A stretch of DNA of 64,000 nucleotides from Takakia lepidozioides (Eukaryota > Plantae > Bryophyta): NCBI GenBank assembly GCA_030704615.1, contig CM060731.1, positions 7,502,001 through 7,566,000 on the forward strand, given 5' to 3'. Made by a program: the position numbers and the translations under genes. The notes beneath the pieces were generated by a model. That model saw only the letters and a program-made list of their open reading frames with translations. It searched no databases and was not told the DNA's origin. Shown here piece by piece: positions 1-12,869 of this stretch (the stretch's first letter is position 1; every line of letters starts with the position of its first letter).

Positions 1-3000
1 CTCCTGGTCCTGCCATACCTCCATGGCTTGCCCGACAAATCACAAAGAATGTCCTTCTCTCCCACATGGTTGAACAGGACGTTATACTCTAGTGGATCAA
101 CTGTGGAATCAACAAGTCTTCCTGCTTCACGTAATTTGAATTTCGAATGTTCCTTCACGAAGCAAAATGCCTGAAAGATAAGAGTCTGCAGAGAAGGAAA
201 TGAAAACGTCAGAGGTGGCCTACATGTACAGGGGCAATTTCGGCCCAGAAATTGACATAGCAGAGGAGAACCACAGCATACCTTCTGGCCATCGTTGAGA
301 AGACCCTGCGTGTTGATGCAAGTCCAGATCTTTTTCAGGATGGGTGCTGCACTTCTCCCCGTCCATACTTTGATATCATTCTCAGTGACTTCTCCATCGG
401 CTGCTAGCACAACAACACAGCCAACGTCGTCCAACATGTTGGCTGCGAACCCGAATGTGTGGCTCCAGTATCGTTCGTCGTACTTGTTCCACTAGGGAAC
501 TGAGCCCAGCCCCAGTATCTCCTGCCCATCCGGGATATCCACAAGGATCATGTCGATGGAGGCTTTCACCGCCCTGCCCCCGACTGTGCTCTTTTTGCCG
601 TGGCTCATTGCCACAAAATACTCCATCATCTTTGTGTAGCCAGGAGTGTCCTCCATATCATTGCCAGTGGCCTTCCTCTTCCCCTTCCCCTGGTGGGCCT
701 CGATCGCCTTCCTCAAACTCGTTATCTCCAGCCTTCTGGTCAGAGCAGTTAGGAAATTTTCATTAACACACTCCACAATTGTGGGTGTTTTGAGGACTTC
801 CCTGCCCGCAATCTGCACCGCACGGTAGGGTCTGCCAGGTGCATCCTCGTATAGTGATCTCTTCGCAGCCGACCCCCCGGAGCGCTGGCCCTTGTGAATT
901 TTCGGACGAGGTGTGGCCCCCTGGGTGTTTTCCTGCTGGAAATCGTCGTCCGAATCCTCCTCATCTGGCTGACTGTGTTGCTGCTTCTTCTTCTTGGGTG
1001 TGGGGGTCTTCGTCTCTTGCCCCTGTTTGCGCGTTCTTTTCTTCCTGTCCTTGGGCTGCTCAGCTGCCTGCTTCTCCATCTGCTCCTTCGCCAACGCTGC
1101 CGCCTTGGCTGACTTTCTCAGTGCTTTCTGCTTGGCTGCCTCCTCTGCTTTCAGTCTTTCCGCGTCCTCTGGTTGGGGATCCGATTGCGCCTTCATAGCC
1201 CTGGCATTCGCTTCCTTCTTCAAGTTAACCTCCGAGAGGTCAACGGTCCCACTTGGGAGATCCACATACCAGGGGCAGTTTACCAAATGCTCGGCATGCC
1301 ACTCCTTCGCCATTACTTCTGTGTACATCGTTCCACGACCTCCAGGTGTCCTCCACGCCAGGAAGAATGGTGGAACCCTTTGAATGGCTCCGGACGGAAT
1401 GAGTGCAAAGTTTATGTACCTGCAATCACGAGGCAGTTCAACAAAAATCATTCTACCGATGCATCATGCAAGTGGAAGTTGTCAATGCACAAGGTATTTC
1501 GGCACCGAAATACGGAGTGGACCGTGCCCCAATTACCCAGAACTCACATCTTGCAGAGGTATATTTCGGCGCCGCAATATCCATCGCTGCTTAACCAAAT
1601 CATCTAAACTGCAAATAGGGGGATGCATTGTCAGCAGATTACCTGAACAGGACACGCATTGCCGCTTTGTCGGCACCCTCCTGCTCTTTGATGTATACGC
1701 TGCGTCTTGCCTTTGCAATTTCTCTGAAAAAGAGGTTTGCGAAGCGCCCTCGCCACGACTGCACGTAGTTCTCCATTGTCTCAGGCTTCGTCCAGTCGAT
1801 CTGTAACTTGAAAGTGGTGGTGTTGCAGTCCAATTGCTCCTGGGCGTGGGTCAGTACCTGCATCATGGCAGGTTTCCAAAACATTCATGATTTTGAAATT
1901 GCGACGATGTCCAACACAGAATAGGAGAAAATTATACCTGATGCCACCAAGTCATGACATTGAGCCAGTCGTTCATTTTGTCGTCTGTTGGCTCGATGGG
2001 AAAGTGGTACAACAGCTTCGTGTTTGTATGGCCGTTCCAGATTCGCAGCCACCTCGTCTGCAGCCACCTCACATCGGTCAGACAAGAGCTCCAACATAAG
2101 AATCGCGAGAAGTCACAAAACAAGAATAAACACATGCTTACCTTCTCCGCCGGCTCAACACAGGACACTGCGATGTGATGAAGTTTCTCCATGGACATTT
2201 CCGGTTTCATGGGTCTGGAGTAATGCAGTCCTATCTCCGCCAGGAACTCGGCACCAAGACCAGGGTCAGCGATTGCAACTTGCTTAACAAGTTTGGACCT
2301 GTACTTGGTCCGGGATTGCTTCCCTGCCTGCACAATATGACTCTCTATCGACGCGTCCGCCTTGTTGGGGGCATCATTCTCAAAGAATTGCCTTTTGGCA
2401 TAGGCCAAGTCATCCCTGATGTTCGTCTGCATTCCCATACCCAGCAGATACAGTCAGGCCACGGATCCCTGCAACAAATAACATTAAATTGATACTGAAA
2501 TTTGAGATGAACCTCACCGAATAGAGGATCTCCACCATGGCGTCCAGTGTTGGTCGGTACCAGGTGCGATCTGCTTTCGCTAGGGACTTCCTGTACAGCT
2601 CGGGATCGAGGGACTTTTGGAAGTCCGTCAGCGGAGCTGTCCCCACTTCTTGCACTCTGTAGAGCGTATGTGCCAGATGAGTTTCCACGAAGGCCCTCTC
2701 TGTTACCCTGCCATGGAGAAAAAAAACAACATGAAAATATGATTTCGGCACAACAATCCAATTTCCAGTTCATAGAGTGCATGACAGTGGTGAACATTGC
2801 CTATTTCGGCGCCGCAATAGGCAGTACACAAGGATGTAATTGTATACTTACAGATTTATATCCGCCATGGCACCCTTCAACAGTCCTCTGTCCCTGACGT
2901 CCACCTTCACGACAATGCAGTCCACCATGTAATGCCAACTGATATCTTGCGGATGCATTTCAGCAATGTACTCTGTCCAGGCAAGCATCCTGTGGTTCCC

Positions 3001-3863
3001 GTCCCAAACGAAGAACATCTTCCCTTCCATGTGTGCGAATGTGGGATTAGTCTTCAGATAGGCTTCAAACTCGGCATTAACAGTGTGCCAGTGGGGGCCC
3101 CAATTCTGAAGCTCCTCTGCAGTGGGGCCCCTTGTGACACCCTGGTCATTCTCAATGGAAACGTAGAATGCTGCCGACCCCCGTCTGTACCCTTCTCTGA
3201 AGTTGTGCTTCAGTCGATCGATATCCCCTGGCAGTGCTTGCCTTACAACTGGAAGGCTTACCATGCGACACAAAGGAACTTTAAGGTTCTCGGGATACAC
3301 CATGGAGCCCAAAACGCGGCCTATGTTGCTATGAGTCTCTGCCAGCAACCTGTTTGCTGCTATGTTCATGTCTCGTGCGCTCATGAGCATACCCGCCACC
3401 AGTTTCTTACTTGTATCACCTCTGTCACTTCCCTCACTCCTCTCACCAGCCTGTGTACTGTCTTGGAGGTTTTGCTCCTCCGCAAGCTCCAGCAGGTTCT
3501 GATCGTCGCCAAGTCGTACCACGTTATCGTCCTCTCCTTCTGTCAGTTGAATGGGCCGCCCTTCTGCAGATCCGACTCCCACATCTCCAGCGGCCTCCAC
3601 CACATCTGTGTTTTCTGAAATTGACTGCAAACCCAATATCTCCGCTTCCAGTCTCCCTAGGGGTTTTACTGGCGAAGCCATGGGCTCCTTCTGCTTTCTC
3701 GGCTTCCGAACTCTAGGTGGGCTTTTCGGAGGCGATATCCGAGGTGTTGAATGAGGACTCGTCTGCCTCGATGCACTTCCACCTTGTGAGCGCAGCACCC
3801 GGGCAGGAGTATCCAAAGTTGACTGTGTTGCCTCGCCCCCTGCGATCCCTCCCCAGCTCCCAT
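1..3863 (-). pseudogene. Spliced ParB/Srx-like (DGNHR) + degenerate N6/N4 amino-methyltransferase-like fusion gene, 3' end outside window
   Basis: Phase-consistent GT-AG exons: about 3863-2852, 2707-2518, 2468-2142, 2057-1938, 1857-1643, 1419-282, 186-<1. Exon 1 has FFVWDGNHRMLAW. Exon 6 has SIDMILVDIPDG...W...YWSHTFGFAANMLDDVGCVVVL, resembling the SIDLIVTDPPY...A.RVLKPGG.IYV pattern. There are premature stops early in exon 3 and at 492-494, and an apparent frameshift near the ATG. Confidence 0.7.
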
Positions 3864-4529
3864 GTCAAACAAACAGGAAAACATGAGACACTGCACGCCA
3901 AAACAAAGGTGTAAAAGGAATATTGCGTATGGAGTGCTTCACATCCGCGAAGCACGAATCTCTCACTGGTGGGCGATCCGAGTCTCCGGATAACGACGTC
4001 TGCATTTCATGCATGAGACGGAGCTTAAGTCGTGTCGTCGGCGGCTTCCCAAAATCCCGCGTCCTCCTCTTTGCCGGAGTCACCTGACCTTCCACAAACT
4101 CTATGCTACCACTATGCCGCATAAGGAGAGGAAACGCAGGAGAATGTCACTGCAGAAGGGCAAGGAGCGAGAGACCGAAGCGGTGGAACATGCAACCACT
4201 ATGCACGAGCAGATGCGTAAGCAGCCACGTCTCCCGAAGCGTTGCCACCGTCCACCACTTTCTGCCGTATGGGTGATGAAGAGATTGTGACCCCTGACAC
4301 GTTCGCACGGATGAAGTCGACTGGAACACGACGCGTGCCAGTTCCAGCCACCAGTGTATGACGGTTTATCCGAATTGCCGCACCGAAATACGTTCCGTTC
4401 ACCGGATGCGGTTCCCGGAGCAGCCGACATTGAATGAAATATCCGCACATCATGAAACCCAACCGCCATGAAAATCCCCTGCATATGACATTCAACAGTC
4501 AGGTCGGTACGTTTCATCAGCGGACGGAT

Positions 4530-6318
4530 GAATTTCGGCGCCGAAATTCATCCTATTCAAGTGCTTTCATACACAAACTTACAAATTTCGGCGCCGCAAT
4601 TCATCGCTTCCCAAGTCCTCATTCGTCATGAGCAAACCTGTCAGTGGGATATCGGAGCCGGAATTAATTCCGGGACAACGGAAACGGCTGCACTTCGGCA
4701 CATTTCATCCATATTTCGGCGCCGAAATTCATTACGAATATGTCCGTCCGCGCGTAGACGAGGTGAAATCATCCATATTTCGGCGCCGAAATTCATCGCT
4801 TCCCAAGTCCTCATTCGTCATGAGCAAACCTGTCGGTGGGATATCGGAGCCGGAATTAATTCCGGGACAACGGAAACGGCTGCACTTCGGCACATTTCAT
4901 CCATATTTCGGCGCCGAAATTCATTACGAATATGTCCGTCCGCGCGTAGACGAGGTGAAATCATCCATATTTCGGCGCCGAAATTCATCCAGAGCGAAGA
5001 CTAAATCGGCACGATGCTATGCTTTGCCGCCATCATTGCCCCTGACGGATGCTGTCCATGCCTGTTGGACTTGTCATTTCTGGACATTTAACTATAATTT
5101 CGGCGCCGAAATTATACTTTATGTGCGGCAACGTCCCGTGCGAAAAAGACCACTTCATGGATACTGTCGGTTTCAAATGAAAAAAAACGGCTTAAATGCA
5201 ATTAATTTTGACAGAAGTGGTTTAATATGCCGATTTCTCCATTAAATGCAGAATATTCCTGTTATATTCGTCGGAACGGGGTATTTCCAACGATTTACGG
5301 AAAATTATCATCCAAAAGCAAAAAGTAAGTGCCGGGTTTGGACGAATTTCGGCGCCGAAATTCATCCGTCGCATAGAAAATGTAATATTAGAGTTACTCA
5401 TTGCGGACAGTAAGGATGAATTTCGGCGCCGAAATTGATCCATTTCAAAGAAAAATAAATATTGGATGGAAGGCATTGGATGAATTTCGGCGCCGAAATC
5501 CGGCGCTAAAACCCTGAAAAAAATTTGGAGGGATGAAGTCGGCTGAATTTCGGCGCCGAAATTCATTGCTCGCGAAGGAAAATAAAAAAATTCGGGAGGA
5601 CTTCGGATGAATTTCGGCGCCGAAATTCATTGCTCGCGAAGGAAAATAAAAAATATCTCCTGGACTTGGAATGAATTTCGGCGCCGAAATTCAATGCTCG
5701 CGAAGAAAAAAAAAAAAATCGGGAGGATTTTGGTTGAATTTCGGTGCCGAAATTCATTGCTCTCGAAGAAAAAGGAAAATTAAAAGGGAGTACTTGGATG
5801 AGATTCGGCGCCAAAGTTCATCTGTCGCAAAGAAAAATAAAAACAGAAAGGACTTCCGATGAATTCTGGCACCGAAATCCATACGCAGGGCAGCAGAATT
5901 AGGGTCGGAAAAGGAGATGAAGAATGAATTTCGGCGCCGAAATACATCCATTCTGCCGAATCAGGATTACTGTCATTCGGAAGTCGGCACCGATATCCGG
6001 ACACGTGGTCAATCACGACTGTAATCAGCAACACATTTATCCGTATTTTGGCATCTAAATTCAACCCATATGTGCAGATACAATTTAATGAAGAAGAAGT
6101 TCATCCGAATTTCGGCACCGAAATCCATCCGTTGGGTGCTTGGTCAGTTTAATGAGGTAAACAAATTACGATTTCTGTTGCCAGAATTCATCCCTTGGCT
6201 TCCAAAGCTGTTACATGACAGAGATGTTCATCCAGATTTCGGTGCCGAAATTCATGGGAAGGCCTGATTTATTGTACCCCAAGTGGTTGTACATTACAAT
6301 TCAGGCACCAAATATCCG
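4530..6318. repeat. Array of 20-bp palindrome GAATTTCGGCGCCGAAATTC at about 64-bp period
   Basis: More than 20 copies, e.g. 4530, 4713, 4777, 4905, 4969, 5344, 5418, 5482, 5545, 5609, 5673, 5736, 5800, 5861, 5925, 6108, 6235. Spacers are partly related, partly divergent. Confidence 0.95.
4586..4988 (+). repeat. Near-exact 192-bp (3 x 64) tandem duplication within the palindrome array
   Basis: tcatcgcttcccaagtcc occurs at 4601 and 4793, and the match continues to about 4988. Confidence 0.95.
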
Positions 6319-6506
6319 ATGTGAACTTGCTGTTTTCGTCCGTTTTTTTAACGTACGTTACACACCTTCATCTTTACGTGCACTGATCACCCATCATGTT
6401 GGATACGGAATCCTCCAGAAAATCATTTGTGTTATACCACACTAGGCCTTCTTTGCGCACAAGCTTGCCGTTGTTGGGATTTTAAGAGCAACCCACCTCG
6501 CACAAA

Positions 6507-7332
<826 letters not shown>

Positions 7333-7481
7333 TCAAACTCACGCGCAGAGACGACAACTAAATCTGCGCGCACAACCCATGGCAATAGCAGGGCCAGACG
7401 GACTCCTGCCCCAAAATATATATTATAATAGTGCTAAAACAAACATTGTATCTAGCTTAGCACCAGCACACTAGATAATGG

Positions 7482-7495
7482 TCATCTCTCTCGAG
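7482..7495 (-). promoter_or_regulatory. Self-priming primer-binding site of the gypsy element
   Basis: Directly follows the ...GTTTATCA repeat end. 7482-7496 is a perfect 15-nt reverse complement of 7684-7698 inside the repeat, and no tRNA-type TGG PBS is present. Confidence 0.75.
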
Positions 7496-7850
7496 TGATA
7501 AACAAGCTAAAGACACACACTCTCCACACAAGAAACAACATGAATCCATCGCTATCACTCTTAAAAACAGAAGTCGAGCCAGGGGCACCCCAAGCTACAG
7601 GGACTCCACCCCACAACAACCTACACTCCCATCATAAGCACTCTCAGTCCTAAACGATGCGGGAGCTCGGTCGCGCAGGCTCAACTCGAGAGAGATGAGC
7701 TGCGCGACTGCCGCTCTCGTGAAGATAAGACGGGTCAGGTGTCAAACTAAACTTGACACCTGATTTAACACTTGACCTAAATCCAAGTGTTAAATACAAA
7801 TAACTAGCTTTATTCTAGCTAGTTTCACACTGTGCTTATTTAACTTGACA
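7496..7850 (-). mobile_element. 5' terminal repeat A1 of the gypsy element (displaced, inverted)
   Basis: Reverse complement of 55004-55360 with about six substitutions and two small indels by eye. Begins TGTC and is flanked by GGTA (7851-7854 reverse complement). Confidence 0.9.
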
Positions 7851-7854
7851 TACC

Positions 7855-8770
7855 TGCTGGATGGAAATTCGGCGCCGGATTTCCATCCATCCGCGATTCG
7901 AGTTACCTGCAAGATGGAAATTCGGCGCCAGATTCCATCCATCCGGGATTCGAATTACCTGCAGGATGGAAATTCGGCGCCGAATATCCTTACGCCAGCG
8001 ATCCGACTTACCTGCTGGATGGAAATTCGGCGCATGATTTCCATCCATCCGGGATTCGAATTACCTGCAGGATGGAAATTCGGCGCCGGATCTCCATCCA
8101 TCCGCTCTCCGACCAACCTTGCGGATGGAAATCCGGCGCCGGATCTCCATCCATCCGCCTCCGAATTACCTGCTTGAAGGAAATTTCGCGCGCTGTCCTA
8201 CCTACGCGGATGGAAATCCGGCGCCAGATTTCCATCTATCCGCTTCCGAATTACCTGCGTGAGGGAAATTCGGCGCGCCGCCCTACCGAATTTGCAGCGT
8301 CGACTTACCTGGAGGATGGAAATCCGGCGCCGGATTTCCATCCATCCGCTCTTCGAATTAGCTGCACGACGGAATTTTTGCGCGCCGACTTAGCTGGCGG
8401 ATGGAAATCCGGCGCCGGATTTCCATCCATCCGCTCTTCGAATTACCTGCATGACGGAAATTTTGCGCGCCGACTTACCTGGAGGATGGAAATCCGTTGC
8501 CGGATTTCCATCCATCCGCGCTCCAAATTACCTGCATGACGGAAATTTTGTACCTGGCGGATGGAAATCATGCGCCGGATTTCCATCCATCCGCTCTTCG
8601 AATTACCTGCATGACGGAAATTTTGCGCGCCGACTTAGCTGGCGGATGGAAATCCGGCGCCGGATTTCCATCCATCCGCTCTTCGAATTACCTGCATGAC
8701 AGAAATTTTGCGCGTCGACTTACCTGGCGGATAGAAATCCGCCATCCATCCGCTCTTCGAATTACCTGCA
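7855..8770. repeat. Array of GGATGGAAAT(T/C)CGGCGCCGGATTTCCATCC palindromes (about 53-bp, then about 85-bp units)
   Basis: Copies at about 7859, 7913, 7965, 8017, 8070, 8123, 8208, 8314, 8399, 8484, 8644. The copy at 8399-8428 is a perfect 30-bp palindrome. Confidence 0.95.
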
Positions 8771-8773
8771 TCA

Positions 8774-9195
8774 CTGGAAAAATGGCGCCGAATTTCCGAT
8801 TTTGGTGCCAGTCAGATCTGGTACTTAGCCATTTTCGGCCCCGAACTGGAAAATGGCGCCGAAAAAAAAAAAAAAAAACAAAAACGCCATTTTTCTTGTT
8901 CGGGGCCGAAAACGGCTAAGTCCCAGATCTGACTGGCACCAAAATCGGAAATTCGGCGCCAATTTTCCAGTTCTAGGCCCAGTCAGATCTGGGACTTAGC
9001 CATTTTCGGCCCCGACCAGGAAAAGTGGCGCCGAAAAAAAAAAAAAAAAAAAAAAAAAACGCCATTTTTCCTGTTCGGGGCCGAAAACGGCTAAGTCCCA
9101 GATCTGATTGGCACCAAAATCGGAAATTCGGCGCCATTTTTCCAGTTCTGGGCCCAGTCAGATCTGGGACTTAGCCATTTTCGGCCCTGGACTGG

Positions 9196-9238
<43 letters not shown>

Positions 9239-9365
9239 GGCATTTTTCCAGTTCGGGGCCGAAAACGGCTAAGTCCCAGATCTGACTGGCACCAAAATCG
9301 GAAATTCGGCGCCATTTTTCCAGTTCTGGACCCAGTCAGATATGGGACTTAGCCATTTTCGGGCC
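8774..9365. repeat. About 180-bp tandem units with internal inverted repeats and poly(A) tracts
   Basis: ggctaagtcccagatctgactgg / ccagtcagatctgggacttagcc arms around GAAATTCGGCGCC. Units start at about 8886, 9061, 9241. Related sequence occurs at 59230-59355. Confidence 0.9.
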
Positions 9366-9595
9366 CAACCTAGGAAAATGGTGGCGAAAATGGTTTACGA
9401 GTGAGTGGTCGCATTGTAAGTTGCCTCCTGATTTTGTGAGGCACCTCCTCTCGCTCTTTTATTTCATTGAAAGACCGTTTCTGCTTCTGCTGGTATTGAC
9501 ATTCTTCAAGTGGATTTGTTCTTACTGTAGGAGGGACGTCTACACCGCAGTTCATGGGCAGGAGGAACGTGCATTTTTTTGCCAGGGGAGATTTC

Positions 9596-9961
9596 ATGCC
9601 TAGTCCAGAAATGGACTACATCATTCATACTTATGTTGCCCGGCTTGCTTCCATGTCCATTAGGAGGTGTTCCGAACCTAGTCGTGTACAACAGATTTTA
9701 GACGAGGCAAACCTCAAGAAAATGAAGATGAGGGAGGAGACAACAGCTATTAGAGCCCGTCAGGCTTATAGATTTGTCTTGGATTCAGCTGAGGAAAGTG
9801 GGGGAGAAGATGCAGAAGATTCCCAGGAGGTGAGGTGGACAGTCCCCCAAGAGGATGGGATTTTTGAGAGGCATAGTGGAACTGATGCATCACAGAGCTC
9901 GGAGGATGAGGGGGATGAGGAAGAAGGTGGGGCAAGTTCCTCGGAGGGTGTAGGAGAGTAG
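9596..9961 (+). other. ORF fragment of unknown function with acidic tail, internal to Mutator-like element 2
   Basis: Open frame MPSPEMDY...SSEDEGDEEEGG between the repeat arrays and the TIR. No recognisable domain. Confidence 0.3.
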
Positions 9962-10124
9962 TGCCCATTCCGGCTATGACAGTTAGAACACACTTGTATA
10001 GACGTGGCTTGCCACAAAATTTGCAATAAAATGTTGCATTTCAAGTCCACTGGTGCCACATTCCAACTTCACATGACCCTATTTCCGTGCCTCCTAACCC
10101 TATTTCCGTGGACTCACAATGGTC

Positions 10125-10186
10125 TGCTCATGTTTTTTTTTTTTCCGCTCATGCTCATGCCGCTCATGAAATAGCAGCCCCCCCCC
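10125..10186. mobile_element. Terminal inverted repeat of Mutator-like element 2 (one end)
   Basis: (CC)GCTCATG repeats followed by AAATAGCAGCCCC, matching 59650-59722 and the reverse complement of about 38031-38085. Followed by CCCCGAGGG (10187-10195). Confidence 0.8.
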
Positions 10187-12152
10187 CCCCGAGGGCATGA
10201 GGGAGAAGTTTGGCAAAGGTGAGAAAAACGATGTGGTCACTCGGCTAGTCTCTCCATTGCATGGGCTCGGCCATGTGGTGGTAACTGACAATTATTTCAC
10301 ATCATGTCACCACAATTGTTGCATGATATGACTTTGCTTGGGACATGGGCCACTGGCACTGTAAGGCTCAATGCCCCCTTCCTTGACTTGCTTGTCCAAT
10401 TCCACTTGACTGCCAAGCAAAGAGACATTTGGTGGCAAATGCATAGTAGTCGACAAGTTGCTGCTTGTTTGTGGTAGGATAAGAAATGTGTGTTCATGGT
10501 GTCATCCGCATCTCGGCCAGCATTAGGGCCGAATCCACTTGTGATGGTTAGAAGTTTTGTAGGGAATGCCAGGGTGCAGGTGCCTTCTGTTCCAATGCAT
10601 GCTCAGTACTAAACTTACATGCATGGTGTAGATGTCTAGGACCAGTCGCGAGGTGCATATAGCATGTAGCTGAAGACTCACAAATGGGTGGCATAAAGTG
10701 TTTTTTTTCCTTTTGGACATCACGATTGTCAATTCTTATCTCTTGCAAGTCTCTCACATGTGTTGGATGGGGTTGCGTGGGATGACCCATCTTGAGTTTT
10801 CACTGGCCTTGGCACACAGTCTCACGTCACCTGCCACACTTGCTGTGCGCCCGATTCGTGCCACAGTGTTGACGACCTCGCCTTTTCGCTGGCATTCCTC
10901 TTTGTACAGTCCGCTTCGCCCTGTGTGCACTCAATGTGGGTTGCGTACCTATTACTTTTGTCCCGGTCAGTGTGATAATGCATTCTTGTGTCTTGGTTCT
11001 TGTTGGCGTGAAGCACATCTCGTCCGGAGTCGGTGAACTGGGCATGTTCACTTTGGTTTTGGACATGCTCATGGATCCTACATGTGCATGGTACTCAAAC
11101 TCTAGTGTGTGTGTGTAGGACGGAATCGCATCTGCAGGTGGTTGCTGCTACGCTGGACTTTGGACATGGTGGATAGGCTCACGGGAGTGTGTGGGGGAGT
11201 GTGTGTGTGTGTGAGAGAGAGAGTTTTTTCATGTGTGTGTGTGTTGCTTGGGGGGGAGGGTCTGTCTGCATATGAGGGCAGATTAGGGGGTTCGACTCCC
11301 CCTCAGTTCATAGTAAAGGTCGCGTGGGTGTATTGGCGGTCTTCCTGCGCATGTGTGGTTCATGGGGAGGTGGTAGTTGAAGCAGTCCCAAGACAAGGAA
11401 GCATGTAGTTGAGTGGCAATTGCATTTGGGTGCATGAGCGGCCATGCCAAAATTTCGCGGGGTCCATTGGCAAGGTTGGAATGAGGTGGCCCCGTGAAGA
11501 TGTGGGAGAGAACGACGTGGCCTGGAAAACGTTGCCTGAGTCACATGCAATTCCGGCTGGCATAATCCTAACTTGGACCAGACTTTGCCAGAAAATTCAC
11601 TGAAAGCTCCATCCGAGGGGCAAATTTTATCCAAATGGTGTAGTTCGTGGGCAGGGTGTTTTGAAAGATGCCACTGCATAGACTGACCGTTGCAACTTTA
11701 GATTTGGCACAAAATTTCTAGTGATCATGGGACCTCCATGATCTGCCCTAGAAATTGGCAATTGTAATTCTACCCCATTCACATACAAAGTGCTCAACCC
11801 CCCCTAAACTTGTCGGAGTGTCCTCAAATTTTGTGGGATGTGAAGAAGCAATGGAATATGGGGGGCATTTGCCCTGGAAAATTTTGCAACATTGCCCACG
11901 AGCTTGGTCAAAGTGCAGTTTTGGGACACTTTCTGGATTTATGTACAAAATGGACCTCACTTTTTTATTATAATGTCCCAATTGGAACTGTCAAATTTGC
12001 TGGGATTTGGGGTGCATGTGCATGTACTAGGTAGGGACACGTTTCAATGGTTCATCCCTGTGGATGACAGGGGTAAGCAGATCCAGCCTTTCTTGTCAGG
12101 GTGGGCCTAGTTTTTGTCCAAGTGGACAGAAACTGCTCTCGCCGTTTAGGGG
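10187..12152 (+). mobile_element. piggyBac element, 3' half (transposase pseudogene to 11036, then 3' end)
   Basis: GLGHVVVTDNYFTS, GVDV.DQ, HKVFFFLLDITIVNSYLL and the C-terminal Cys-rich CTQC...CPGQC...LC...CW...H. Many frameshifts. Probable right end TTAGGGG|gtaa at about 12152. Confidence 0.85.
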
Positions 12153-12869
12153 GTAAGAGCTGGGTTCCATGGGCACACCCAGTCGCCCCCCAAGCAAGCA
12201 CCCCCAGGAAGAATCGCCCCTTATAAATGAGACTGAGCAAGCTTGACACTCTTGGAAAATGGTGTTGAGTTCCATACTGACATGATCAAGGGATAACTGT
12301 GCCAAACCTTCTTTATAGCAGGTTATGATCAGCATAGATGCGGTAGGGAGATGATAGAAAACTAACTTTTGTAGCTTGTTGTGCCTACCATTATGCAACA
12401 ATACACCAGATGTAAACTTGCATGAGACAAGAAAAAAAAATAAGCTCAAGGGAAGTACTTACACTGTGCTCATCTTGTTGGTCACTTGTGGGTTAGTCAG
12501 ATCCACTGTCGTTGTAGTCTGATTGATAGCAGGTTTTGTACTGTCCCTGTTCAGTGAACGCTTCACCGGTTTCACCATCTCTATATTGACTACAATGATT
12601 GAAAGATTAGAATAGCATGAATGACATACAGTAAAGTAGTTTCAACAACAAAAATCCACGCACGCTAAACATCCACATCTGCTCTCACCTTTATCTGATT
12701 ATGCTTTGTTGTTGCATCGGGAGGCAAAGTCGTCGGAGCTCTGGGTGCAGGAACCCCCGTTGAGAATGTTATTGCAGGCTGCTGTGATCCTTGGCCATGG
12801 CTGTGCTCTTGAACAAGTAATTGGGCTGCCCATATGGGTATGGATGCTATGACACATACTCAGGGATGT

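Noticed and set aside
4530-6318. CRISPR array
   Set aside because: The repeat-spacer look is superficial: spacers are related and block-duplicated (192 bp), there are no cas genes, the context is eukaryotic, and the motif recurs in introns and transposon subtermini.
7836-8919. Repeat proteins (MEIRRRISI... ORFs; likewise 4528-5951 and 55639-56831)
   Set aside because: These are artefacts of stop-poor palindromic repeats, open on both strands and in several frames.
9596-9961. N-terminus of the adjacent piggyBac transposase
   Set aside because: It lies inside the Mutator TIR; the true 5' part of the piggyBac is at 59723-60285.
11255-11305. tRNA gene (also 61165-61200)
   Set aside because: Only a B-box-like GGTTCRANTCC is present, with no cloverleaf.
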